A stretch of DNA of 64,000 nt. It comes from Octopus vulgaris (lineage: Eukaryota). The position numbers were made by a program, and so were the translations under genes. The stretch is from positions 2,852,001-2,916,000 of the forward strand of contig OX597831.1 in NCBI GenBank assembly GCA_951406725.2. Reading direction: 5' to 3'. This document shows positions 52,183 through 64,000 of this stretch, in pieces; the stretch's first letter is position 1; each line of letters opens with the position of its first letter. The notes beneath the pieces were generated by a model. The model ran no database searches, had not been told where the DNA came from, and saw only the letters and a list, made by a program, of their open reading frames with translations.

Positions 52183-52228
52183 CCACTACGATCGTTTCTT
52201 GTCACTTCAATGGACATTCATCAGGTGG
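52183..52228 (-). ncRNA. Minimal type I hammerhead ribozyme motif (Penelope-associated type)
   Basis: CCAC-CTGATGA-aTGTC(loop)GACAa-GAAA-CGATCG-TA-GTGG: stem I, intact core, stem II with one closing mismatch, palindromic stem III and a GUA cleavage triplet. Confidence 0.7.
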
Positions 52229-52305
<77 letters not shown>

Positions 52306-53219
52306 ATATGAGTTTAAAGGCACACATAATCCTGGCGGTTACCGTGTTTCTTCTGAAATCGGTTTCAGATGCCGGCTAACCACTTCGATCCTTTAGTGAT
52401 ACAGAGTTAACAAAAAATTGTCAGACTCCGGTAACTATTCTCACTTAGTAATTCCGAGTGTTCTATTCAGGACTTGCATAGTCTCCAGGATGCATACTTC
52501 ACAGTGTCCAGTCGATGCAGCTGAAACGCGCGTAGCTCCAGAAAAGAATGCTGAAAATAACTGTTTAATAAAATTATAGATGTGAAAAATCTCCCATCAT
52601 CTCCTTACTCACACGACGGTTTTCCACAGAGTTTCTGTCTACCAAATTCACTCAGAATGCATCCGGCGTTATAGTAGAAGACACCTGCCTAATTGTGCCC
52701 GAGGTGTCGTGCAACGGGATTGAATCTGAAACCATGTTTCTTGAGAACCAAGCTTCTTAATCAGACATCTGAACCTATCTCGATTCAGTTTTCACACAGG
52801 AGACCTACTCTGCATTCTCAGAACAGAGTAAATTCTACTAAACCAACCACGGACCAGATGATGGCGTTAAACCAGCCGATAAAAAGATTAGGACAGACAT
52901 TCATTTAAGTCGATACATTATTATGAAATACTGCGACACAGTTTCCAAAGCGTATTGCTTTCACCAATCTTTAGAATCTTTCTTTATTCCTGGGTTTTTT
53001 TTTCTCCTAATTTTATTTTATTTATTCATTTTGCTTTCTTAAAAAAATTTCTATTAACGACTTGTTTTGTACTGCATTGAAATTGAACTAATGGGTTTTG
53101 GATCTCAGGGGGCAAGTGTTTGGCACTATAGCCTCTGGTCGACCAAAGTTTTTGTGAGTGGAATTTCATACACGGAAATTGTACGCAACTAAACCCACTC
53201 ACCCCAACAGCAGATGTGC

Positions 53220-53485
53220 GTGTGTATGTATGCATGTATGTATGCATGTATGTATGTATGTATGTATGTATGTATGTATGTATGTATGTATGTATGTATG
53301 TATGTATGTGTGTGTGTGTATGTATGTATGTATGTATGTATGTATGTATGTATGTGTGTGTGTGTATGTATGTATGTATGCATGCATGCATGCATGTATG
53401 TATGTATGTATGTATGTATGTATGTATGTATGTATGTACATGTGTGTGTATGTGTATGTCAGTGTGTATGTGTGCGGGTGCACAT

Positions 53486-53527
<42 letters not shown>

Positions 53528-53538
53528 ACACACACATG

Positions 53539-53608
<70 letters not shown>

Positions 53609-54136
53609 CGTACGTATGCGCGTGTGTGTTTGCGTGCGTCCATGTGAGTATATATGTATGTGTGTGGGTGTATATATATATATATATACGCACGCATAAA
53701 TATATATATGCATAAATGCTTTTGTATATGTATATATATGTCTGTATATGTGTATGTACGTGTGTGTGTGTGAGTGTGTGTGAATATTATGCATGTTATA
53801 TATATATATATACACACATATGTATATAAACATATATGTACATAAACACATATATATATATATATACATAGACATGCAAACACCTTCACATAAATACACA
53901 CATACATTCAAACACACACACATATCTACAATATATATATATATATATATTTCTTTCATTTCCTTGACTTTAAGTAACATGACAATAATATAATGTAACG
54001 TACATGTCAGAATAAATTGTTAATAAGTTCATATACGTACGTTTGATAAATCTACATTCATAAACATCCATGGGAGTATATTTAACACACCGAAGAAGCT
54101 GGATGTATATTTATCAAACACTCCTGGACTTATCCA

Positions 54137-54220
<84 letters not shown>

Positions 54221-54965
54221 ACGCAATGCTTTAATTATTTTACACGTAAAAACTATACGCGGGAAAAATATATAAGCGAAAACAAGCATAAAAATAAGTG
54301 GAAGAGAACAATATTAAAATAAATATAGATTTATACTTATTTTAATATCAATATCTGTATTTTAAAATGCATTTTCGCGTGTGTATAATAAACGATAGGG
54401 TGGTAGATTACGCACCCGTGCACACTCACACACACTGACATGCACATACACACACATGTACGTACACACTCACACATGTACGTACACACACACTCACACA
54501 CACGTACACACACAGATACACACTGACATACACATACACACACATGTACGTACACACTCACACATGTACGTACACACACACTCATACACACGTACACACA
54601 CAGACACACACTGACATACGCATACACACACACACATGTACGTACACACTCACACATGTACGTACACACTCACACATGTACGCACACACACACTCACACA
54701 CACGTACACACACAGACACACACTGACATACACATACACACACATGTACGTACACACACACTCACACACACGTACACACACAGACACACACTGACATACA
54801 CATACACACACATGTACGTACACACTCACACATGTACGTACACACACACTCATACACACGTACACACAGAGACACACACTGACATACACATACACACACA
54901 TGTACGTACACTCACACATGTACGTACACTCACACATGTACGTACACACACACTCATACACACGC
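53220..54965. repeat. (TATG)n/(TA)n/(CA)n tracts and a higher-order CA-derived minisatellite (54420-54965)
   Basis: Recurrent cacacatgtacgtacacact...cacacactgacatac units. Confidence 0.9.
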
Positions 54966-55591
54966 ATGATTTATATATCTTTATAATTTTCTTACGCTTG
55001 TTACTAAATTCCGCCGAGGTCAACTTAGCCTTTCGTCCCTCCGCTCCGCGGTGTCGATAAAATAATGTACCTGTGAAGTACTGGAGTCAAAATAATCGAA
55101 TAAACCACCCCACCCCACCCCATCCACCCACGAACATTGTAGACCAAAATTTGAAAGAATTATTGTTGTTGTCGTCGTTGTCGTCGTCCTCGACTTCACC
55201 GCTGCTGTTGTTTAATTGATGGATTGATTCTCGTAGAATTAAACTCATGTATTTTTTCCCCCCTTCTCTTTTCGATACATGAGTTAATTCAAGCATAATC
55301 AAATAAATACTTCTTTCCTTTTCCTCTATCTCGAAGTGTCGGAAGTAGACGAGAGAAAAAAAATGTTTGTTTTTTACAGATTCTATTTTTACGTCCATAT
55401 TTTGACTTCATTTCACAATGAAAAATGTCTACCAAACGCAACCACGATACAAAGCAAAGTATTGGAGACCAGCATAAAAACAAATTTACATCAGAGAACG
55501 AACCAAAAGGAGAAAAGAATGACCATTTTAATGAACAATTAATAATGGGAAAAGAAAATATTCCAAACAGTCTAAGAAATAATTCTGAACG

Positions 55592-55885
55592 GGCGCAGGC
55601 GTGACGGTGTATAAAGAAGCTTGCTTACCAAACACATGCGTGATACCATAGGTTTTTTTCTACTTAAACTTCGGGCTGTCCAAAGCTTTGTGAGTGGATT
55701 TTACTGACGGAAATTGAAAGAAGCCCATTGTATATATATGTGTATATGTTTATGTGTGTTTATGTCTTTCTGTCTGTGTTTGTCCACCACCACTGCTTGA
55801 CAACCAATGTTGGTATGTTTGCATCCACGTATTCATTGCGGGTCGGCAGGGGCCTCCAATAGAATAAGAACTGGGCTTTAAATAA
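55592..55885 (+). mobile_element. Diverged SINE family A
   Basis: Recognisable head and body. Confidence 0.65.
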
Positions 55886-55957
55886 AATAAGATGTTTGTG
55901 TCATGTCATTTAATGTTATTCTATGTAAGCCCTCGTGGCAAATAAAAGAAACAATGA

Positions 55958-57775
55958 TAATCATCATCATCATCATCATCATCATTGCAGACAGATATTG
56001 TGTCATTGTTATATCCTAAGAAGTGACAGCCAATGACTAAGGGTCTTTGGCATTGTTTCACGAACTCGATTTTCGAGCACCTTGCGTTTTATTTTTCTGC
56101 TATAGTCCGCTCGAATTTCTATCGTAATCTTCTCTAATCACAATTTCATTTTCTTTGCAATTGTAAAAAGTGCACATAACTGGCACAATTGGCATAATTT
56201 CAACATTTTTCATGCAACTTCTCTTTTCAGATCTTGATATTTCTCAATCCATTTCTTGTTCTTTCTCTCACACACGCTGTTGTTTCCCGGAGACATTATA
56301 TCAGTTGGTGTGCAGTGTCTTCCCTTTTTCTTTTTTTTTTTCATCCTTCTTTTTTTTTAGCTGATGATAACAATGTCTGGCAGTCTTTCCTCAATCATTC
56401 GATCACGTTGAATGGTGAACTGCTATAACAGAATAACCCATCATTTTCTTCCACTGCATTAGCTTAATATCCATACCACCTATGAGCTTTGTTCAAACTG
56501 CATTTTTTTTACATAGTTTCCAATAGACAATGTAGACCAAGGATGGGGAAACTTTTTTGTGCGGTGAGCAAAAATTTCCAAAGAAATAGATCCAAGGGCG
56601 GATCACAAGTTCTAACTCTTACATTTATGTAAATCTTGTATATATCTATGTATAATTCGATATACATTAATAAAGATATGTTTAACACATTAAATTAAAG
56701 CGTAACATGTTCATTAACGCCGCTACTGAATTTAGGGCTTTTTTATTACTTACTAGCAGTATCACCCGGCGTTGCTCGGGTTTGTAAGGGAAATAACTAT
56801 ATAAGCATTTTTAGAGAGTTACTTCCCTTATAGATGCCAATTCGGGCTTTCTTAGCCATTTCTGTTTTGGTGTCTTCAAGCCATGAAGTCGTTGTTCTAA
56901 AAGAACGCTGGTCTCCTTGACAACACTTTACGACGTTGATTTCCTTACACTCCCTTCCCCACAGCTTCACGAGGGAGGGAGGGAAGAAGGGGGGAGAAGC
57001 AAACAGGTGCAGGTGTGACCATGGACGCCAACTCCGCCGCCATCGACACACGAAAAATTATGCATTAAAATGGAATAAAAAATGATGTTAAATTATTTTT
57101 AAAATCGTAGACTCATCGTAGACGCGCGCTAATACTCAGACGGGCTCGATATGAATCACGACTATAAGATACCCGAATTTGGTTAAACTGCACCGCAAAA
57201 TGTGGGAGTAGTTAGGAATCTAAATCGAAAGGGACAGACACTCACACAACTACAGTTTTATATATATAAATGAGGCATTCTCTATTTTTCAGCTAGAGTG
57301 TAGTCGGGTCTCAAGGGAGTGGTACAAACATAGTAATATGTATTTATAGTGAAAACAAAATTTCCATTCAAATGGAAATTACCGGATGATTTTCCGTTCT
57401 AGTCTAACCGTTTTAAGCCGAAGTGGAAACGCGACCTATGTCGCAAATAGGCATACGAATATTGTATAAATTTTATGATTGAAAAATTTACTATTTTCTG
57501 TATATATCAGTATACCAGCTTGCGGGCTCAATAAAGTGGGAGACAATATTGTTATGACTCCTTTTGTAGCCACTTTGTGTAAATTTTCTGCATTTGCTCC
57601 GCTATGAAGCTAATGTTTTGTTTTGCTTCTTTTTCATCATAAGGGTGATCCAACATCTTTATCGATGTGACATTTTCCATGGTCTGTTCTTTTCCTGCAC
57701 AGATGAACGCCTCAGTTCCAAACTTTTGTGACTTGATTTTCGCGTCGTCTCTCATGACCTCGGCATATCTACAAC
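55958..57775 (-). pseudogene. 3' part of a restriction-like-endonuclease LINE (R4/Dong-like), split by a hAT-like insert (~56538-57540) containing a Helitron
   Basis: TEAFICAGKEQ; HNNIV|insert|YIVYWKLCKK; FTIQRDRMIEERLPDIVII; IEKYQDLKREVA; RKVLE; then a (GAT)n tail. Confidence 0.7.
56753..57270 (-). mobile_element. Non-autonomous Helitron (~520 bp)
   Basis: Same 3' terminus (ctagcagtatc.cccggcgttgctcgggtttgt) as the copy at 44338. 5' end reads TTTATATATATAAAACTGTAG (TC->TT). The internal sequence differs. Confidence 0.75.
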
Positions 57776-57778
57776 ATT

Positions 57779-58021
57779 ACTCTTTACTCTTTTACTTGTT
57801 TCAGTCATTTGACTGCGGCCATGCTGGAGCACCGCCTTTAGTCGAGCAAATCGACCCCGGGACTTATTCCTTGTAAGACCAGTACCATGACTTATTCTTT
57901 GGAAGCCTGCTACTTATTCTATCGGTTTCTTTTGCCGAACCGCTAAGTAACGGGGACGTAAACACACCAGCATCGGTTGTCAAGCAATGCTAGGGGGACA
58001 AACACAGACACACAAACATAT

Positions 58022-58052
<31 letters not shown>

Positions 58053-58628
58053 CATATATACGACAGGCTTCTTTCAGTTTCCGTCTACCAAATCCTCTCA
58101 CAAGGCATTGGTCGGCCCGGGGCTATAGCAGAAGACACTTGCCCAAGATGCCATGCAGTTGGACTGAACCCGGAACCATGTGGTGGGTTAGCAAGCTACT
58201 TACCACACAGCCACTCCTTGCTTAAATCTCTGGCCAACTGTCTGTATATTTTCTTTTATCTTTTACTTGTTTCAGTCATTAATCTGTCGCCATCCTGGGG
58301 CATTGCCTTGAAGAATTTTAGTCGAAATAATTGACTCCGGTACTTTTTTTTAAAAACCTGTAACTTATTCTACAAGGACATAAACACACCAACACCGGTT
58401 GTCAAGCGCTAGTGGGGGACACACAGAGAGAGAAGCACACGTGAACACACACACGCACACACATACACACGCATACTTATGTATGTATACGACGGGCTTC
58501 ATTCAGTTTCCGCTTACCAAACCCATTCAGAAGGCTTTGGTCATCTCGAGGTTATAGTAGAAGACACTTGATCAAGATGTCACGCAGTGGACTGAGCCTG
58601 GAGCCACACAGTTGCGAAGCAAACTTCT
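57779..58628 (-). mobile_element. Two SINE family A copies (57779-58218 and ~58252-58628)
   Basis: Reverse complement of the family A consensus. Confidence 0.85.
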
Positions 58629-58882
58629 TATTTCTTTACGGCTTACAAGTGGCTACACGCAGAGGTAACAGACAAACGGATTAAGTCGATTCCATCGACC
58701 CCAGTGCGTAACTGGTACTTAATTTATCGACACCGAAAGGATGAAAGGCAAAGTCGACCTCGGCGGAATTTGAACTCAGAACGTAAAGACAGACGAAATA
58801 CCAAGCATTTCGCCCGGCCTACTAACGTTTCTGCCAACTTACCGCCTTCCTTATTACTTTCTGGCTTTGTCTTTACATGAAT

Positions 58883-59635
58883 GTGGCACTCCGTCGCTTG
58901 CGACGACGACGAGGGTTACATTTAATCTTACCACCGGAGTAACCTATTTCTTTACTACCCACAAGGGGCTAAACACAGAGGGGACAAACAAGGACAGACA
59001 AACGGATTAAGACGATTATCTCGACCCCGGTGTGTAACTGGTACTTATTTAATCGACCCCGAAAGGATGAAAGGCAAAGTTGACCTCGGCGGAATTTGAA
59101 CTCAGAACGTAGCGGCAGACGAAATACCAATTTCTTTACTACCCACAAGGGGCTAAACACAGAGGGGACAAAGAAGGACAGACAAACTGATTAAGTCGAT
59201 TATCTCGACCCCAGTGCGTAACTGGTACTTACTTTATCGACCCCGAAAGGATGAAAGGCAAAGTCGACCTCGGCGGAATTTGAACTCAGAACGTAACGGC
59301 AGACGAAATACGGCTACGCATTTCGCCCGGCGTGCTAACGTTTCTGCCAGCTCGCCGCCACCGGAGCAACCTGCTCGTAGAATTAACGTGCAAGTGGTTG
59401 AACACTCCACAGATACGCGTACCTATAATATAGTCCTCAGGGAGTTCAGCGTGACACGAAATGTGCCAAGGCTGCTCCTTTGAAATTCAGGTGCAACTCA
59501 TTTTTGCCAGCTGAGTGAACGGAGCTACGTAAAATAGAGCGTCTTGCTCAAGAACACAATAACCTGCCGGGAATCGAAATTACGATCTTATGATCGTGAG
59601 CCGAATACTCCTAACCACTAAGCCACGAGCCTTCA
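58883..59635 (-). mobile_element. SINE family C (H1 + T1) interrupted by a family B dimer
   Basis: Tail at 58883-58940; remainder at 59360-59635. Confidence 0.8.
58943..59359 (-). mobile_element. SINE family B dimer nested in a family C SINE
   Basis: Flanked by ACCGGAG(T/C)AACCT at 58933-58945 and 59360-59372. Confidence 0.8.
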
Positions 59636-59833
59636 CATACCATAGCATACACACACACACACACACACACACAGAGAGATAGGTAGGTGAGCAAATAACA
59701 GGATGTAGTACCCAACAAGTGTTCGCTCGAACTGATTGATCAAGAGTTGAATCAGCCCAGCCTTACTCGAGGTTTCGCAGGTACACACGTGTGTGTCTAC
59801 TCTTTCAGCCGTACAAAGTCTGACTATGCGGTC

Positions 59834-59946
<113 letters not shown>

Positions 59947-60105
59947 ATGAGTTGCCGTGTATGTGCGCATTTGTTTCGGCCGGAAATACTTGAACAGGTG
60001 GTGCGTTGATCAAAAGAAGTTTGTAGTATATGGCGGCGTTTTTACGTTGACTATTGTTCACAACCAACTCCATTCTGTCATTTTTCTTAACAAGACAAAG
60101 TATGG

Positions 60106-60154
<49 letters not shown>

Positions 60155-60175
60155 CATCTATCTATCTATCTATCC

Positions 60176-60243
<68 letters not shown>

Positions 60244-61365
60244 GTCTATCTGTCTATCTATCTATCTATCTATCTTGCAAACAAATGTGGTAACATATAA
60301 CAATATTGACCAAGGTTACCGTGGTCTTTTTCGTAGGCTTTTCTTCCCACGGATAAACCTTACTTGCTTTCCCCTTTACACCATATATCATAACACTGTG
60401 ATACACGATCCCTATTGATCGTTTTTTTTAACTCTTCCCCTTTTTTTCCCCTTTTTTCTTCTTTTTTCATTTCTCTTTTCTTTTGTTCCTTTTCCTTTTT
60501 CTTTTTTTTCTTTTTATTCTTTTTATTTTTTATTTTATTTATTTTTTTTTGTTCTTTTCATCCCTTTTACGATCCCTCTTGATCGAAAACCTACGCCACC
60601 CCTTTTTTTTTTTCTTTTGTTTTTTTTGTTTTTTTCATCCCCCCAAAAGAAAAGCTCTACCTTCTAACTTGTCCCGTGTGCAGCCCTGTGTGGCCAATAA
60701 AGAAACTTATCTATCTATCTATCTATCTATCTGTCCGTCTGTCTGTCTAAATGTATATATGTATGTGTGCATGGGCGTTTATATAATAGCCTTAGCTGTG
60801 ATTTGAAATTATAAGAATGTAAAGTGCAAACATATTTCTTTGATGTTTTTCGTCTGTGACAAAAGTAAAAAGACATTTGCTCATGTTTCAAAGGTAAAAG
60901 ACACGTGTAGGATCGAACCTGGGACCGACTCGAAATGCATTGCTTTCACTCGTAAGTTAAATCACGTGTATATACGTGTGTATATACGTGTATATATTTA
61001 TATTGTAAATATGTACTTTTCTTCTTTTTTTTTTTTACTTGTTTCAGTTATTGAGGTGAGGCCTTGCTGGAGCACCGTCTTGCAGGATTTTAGTTGAACG
61101 AATTATTATATTTTAAAACTCTGATACTTATTCTATCGGCTTCTTTTGCCGAACAGGTAGTGTACAGAGACATAAACAAACCAGCACGGGTTATCAAGCG
61201 GTAGAAAGGAGCAACACAAGAATGTTCATGCACACGTTCAAACGCATAACACAATCACACACGTGTGTATATATATATATATATATATGTATATATACGT
61301 GTGTGATGTTGGCCCATTCGCCATGTGATTCGCTATGTTGGACCGCTGAAATCTCCTATTTTTTT

Positions 61366-61483
<118 letters not shown>

Positions 61484-61662
61484 TCTCTCTGTTTATTTAC
61501 TCTTATTCCTTTCTGTTGAAGAACGTGGGCCCGAAACGTAAAGGACTTTTTCATTTTTCCCGAGCGTCAAACTAATACACCTGCTTGTTGTTCATACACC
61601 TGTTTTCGTCTTTTGTTTTTCTATAAATTTCAACTATATATATATGTATATGTATATGTATG

Positions 61663-61744
<82 letters not shown>

Positions 61745-62009
61745 AACACCACACACACACACACACACACACATATAGATAGATAGATAGATAGATAGAT
61801 AGGTTTGTGTCTGCGCGTACGTGTGTATACGACAGGCTTCCATATAGTTTTCGTCTAGTAAATTCACTCACAATGTTGTGATAGCTCCAGGGTAGTAGTA
61901 GAGGACATTAGCCCAAGGTGCCACAGAGTAGGACTGAACCCGAATCTATGCGTTTGTGAACCGAACCCTTTAACCACATATACATGGCTGCGCTCATACG
62001 CATATGTAC

Positions 62010-62043
<34 letters not shown>

Positions 62044-62285
62044 ATACATGTGAATGTGAATATGTATATGTGCACGCATGTATGTATGTATGTATGTATA
62101 TATGTACGTACGTATGTGTGTGTATCTGTCTGTATATAATATGTACATGTGAATACAGACATAAAAACAACCTGCTCGGTACACAGAATAGAATTGGTAA
62201 CGACAATAATAACAGCAGCTGAATTAGTTTTACGTAGTTAATTCTTATTTCGATTCTAACAGAATTGGATCAGAACCTGTCGGGA

Positions 62286-62339
62286 TAACCCGATGACCTC
62301 ATAACCTAATGGCCTCGTGACCTGATGACCTCATGACGT
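62286..62339. promoter_or_regulatory. Array of seven TGACCT-like half-sites with 2-nt spacers (DR2 pattern)
   Basis: TAACCC ga TGACCT ca TAACCT aa TGGCCT cg TGACCT ga TGACCT ca TGACGT. Function is untested. Confidence 0.4.
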
Positions 62340-62713
62340 TATGCATTCTCCAAGAAAATTAATGGCGTGAGGAGTAAGACTTTGCTGCATTGGCATCAAG
62401 TCACATTCCAAATTCTGATTAGATTCTCTTAGAATCGGTAAAAAAAAAAAAAAAAACAGACGATAAAAGAAATTTACTTCGCAGAAAACGTACATTGTAT
62501 GTATGCGTGTGTGTATGTATGCATGTATGTATGTATGTGTGTGTGTATGCATATATGCATGTATGTATGCGTGTACGTACGTATGATGTACGTATGTGTG
62601 TATGTATGTATGCCTGTATGTATGTGTATAAGTGTCTGTATATATGTATACATAAACACACACACACATATATATACACTCATACATACATACATATATA
62701 TGTATATATATAA

Positions 62714-62758
<45 letters not shown>

Positions 62759-62800
62759 TGTCTGTCTGTATGTATGTATGTATGTATTTATATATATATA

Positions 62801-63570
62801 CAGGGAGCGATGGGTGAATTGTCGCCATATTGTATTTTTAATTTTGCGCATGCGCATTGTTTGTTTTGGATTTTGACAACTACACAGTATAGTAGGGGCA
62901 GTTGGTCACCGTCTGTGAGAAGACAAGCACCATGACGCAATTCACTCTGCCAGAAATTTGGAAGCGACATACTGTATTGCTTGGCATTCGCACTGGAAGC
63001 TCCAATACGAACATTTCAGAGTGTTTGAGTGTCAATCTGAGGACAGTGCAGACGATTCGGAAAGAGTTGGATGAGTCTAATGGCGAGTATGAAGGAACGG
63101 CGGCTTGGAAAACTCACTCTGATCGTTCTGATAAGAAAAGAACTCCTGAATTTGTTGGTGAGATCCAGGTTATGATTGACAAAGGTCCATCGCTATGGGA
63201 GTGTCTGAGTTTCTTGCCAGGCAGGTAATGCATGAAGACATTCGGTATTCCACATACATGATGAAGAAAGAGCCAATTTTTATGCCAAGCCATCAAGGAC
63301 AAGAGGAAAGACCGCGCTACGAGGTTTTTGAACAAAATCAAGCATCCCCTCCAATCGAACATGCTTTGCTTTTTCTCAGACGAGAAGAATTTCTGCCAGG
63401 ATCTGATGGTGAACACATAGCACAAGCGTTGGCCTGTCGTGTCCCTAAAACACGTAACGAGAATGATTAAAATTAAGCCTCCAGTCAACATCATGGTGTC
63501 TGGAGTGATCACTTAGTGGTGGTGACATTATACCTCCATTCATATTTCCACGCGGCCTCAAACTTAACAC
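62801..63570 (+). pseudogene. Tc1/mariner-superfamily transposon 5' part (maT/DD37D-like), frameshifted
   Basis: Starts TA|CAGGG, with an ATG at 62932 and an HTH-like region. CFFSDEKNF and VNIMVSGVIT...PPFIFPRGLKLNT motifs lie in shifted frames. Confidence 0.75.
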
Positions 63571-63862
63571 TGTCCAAATCTCAGGCGCAATCGAAATGCT
63601 TAAGATAATGAAACAAGGTCATGGAGATCTATAAGTTTACAAACTGAAAGATATATCGATAGATATATCAAAGTAGATAGTTAAATCAAAGTAGATAGCT
63701 TTGGGTGTTACGCATTTATCTTTTTTGTGTTGCAGACCAAAGGCTATGCCCGTGCTATCATTTACTTGTTACAACCACTCGACAGCGGCCACGCTGGGGC
63801 ACTGCTTTAAAGGGATCTTAATCGAAAGAATCGATCCTAGGACTAATTATTTTAAAGCCTTA

Positions 63863-64000
63863 GGCGTGGCTGTGTGGTAAGTAGCTTGTTTACCAACCAC
63901 ATGGTTCCGGGTTCAGTCCCACTGTGTGGCACCTTGGGCAAGTGTTTTCTACTATAGCCTCAGGCCGACCAAAGCCTTGTGAGTGGATTTGGTAGACGGA
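63863..64000 (+). mobile_element. SINE family A 5' part (runs off the window)
   Basis: A/B boxes and the CORE-like segment are present. Confidence 0.85.

Overview
Eukaryotic, repeat-dominated, non-coding window. The SINE repertoire and extreme microsatellite density look like an Octopus (coleoid cephalopod) genome; this is inferred, not proven. No host protein-coding exon could be supported, and almost all ORF-track entries are translations of microsatellites. The only long coding sequences belong to a young 3.36-kb gypsy-like LTR retrotransposon (44724-48083, minus strand). It has 277-bp LTRs differing at 1 base, gag, a -1 frameshift into protease, a deletion of the whole RT, and a partial RNase H plus D,D(35)E integrase, and it is nested in the 5' end of a small Helitron. 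Its most unusual feature is the primer-binding site. It has no TGG/CCA match. Instead it is the exact antisense of the first 12 nt of cytosolic tRNA-Phe (GCCGAAATAGCT), which implies priming by a 5' tRNA fragment. The window also contains two decayed Penelope-like elements, minimal hammerhead ribozyme motifs, RTE and R4-like LINE remnants, mariner/Tc1/maT fragments, piggyBac- and hAT-type MITEs and several tRNA-derived SINE families. The SINEs include all four head x tail combinations of one modular group, and multimers flanked by a single TSD. Other features are a 78-bp ETS-motif minisatellite, a 7-half-site DR2 nuclear-receptor-like array and a roughly 10-kb SINE-free polypyrimidine-skewed domain. 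Coordinates of decayed elements are approximate.
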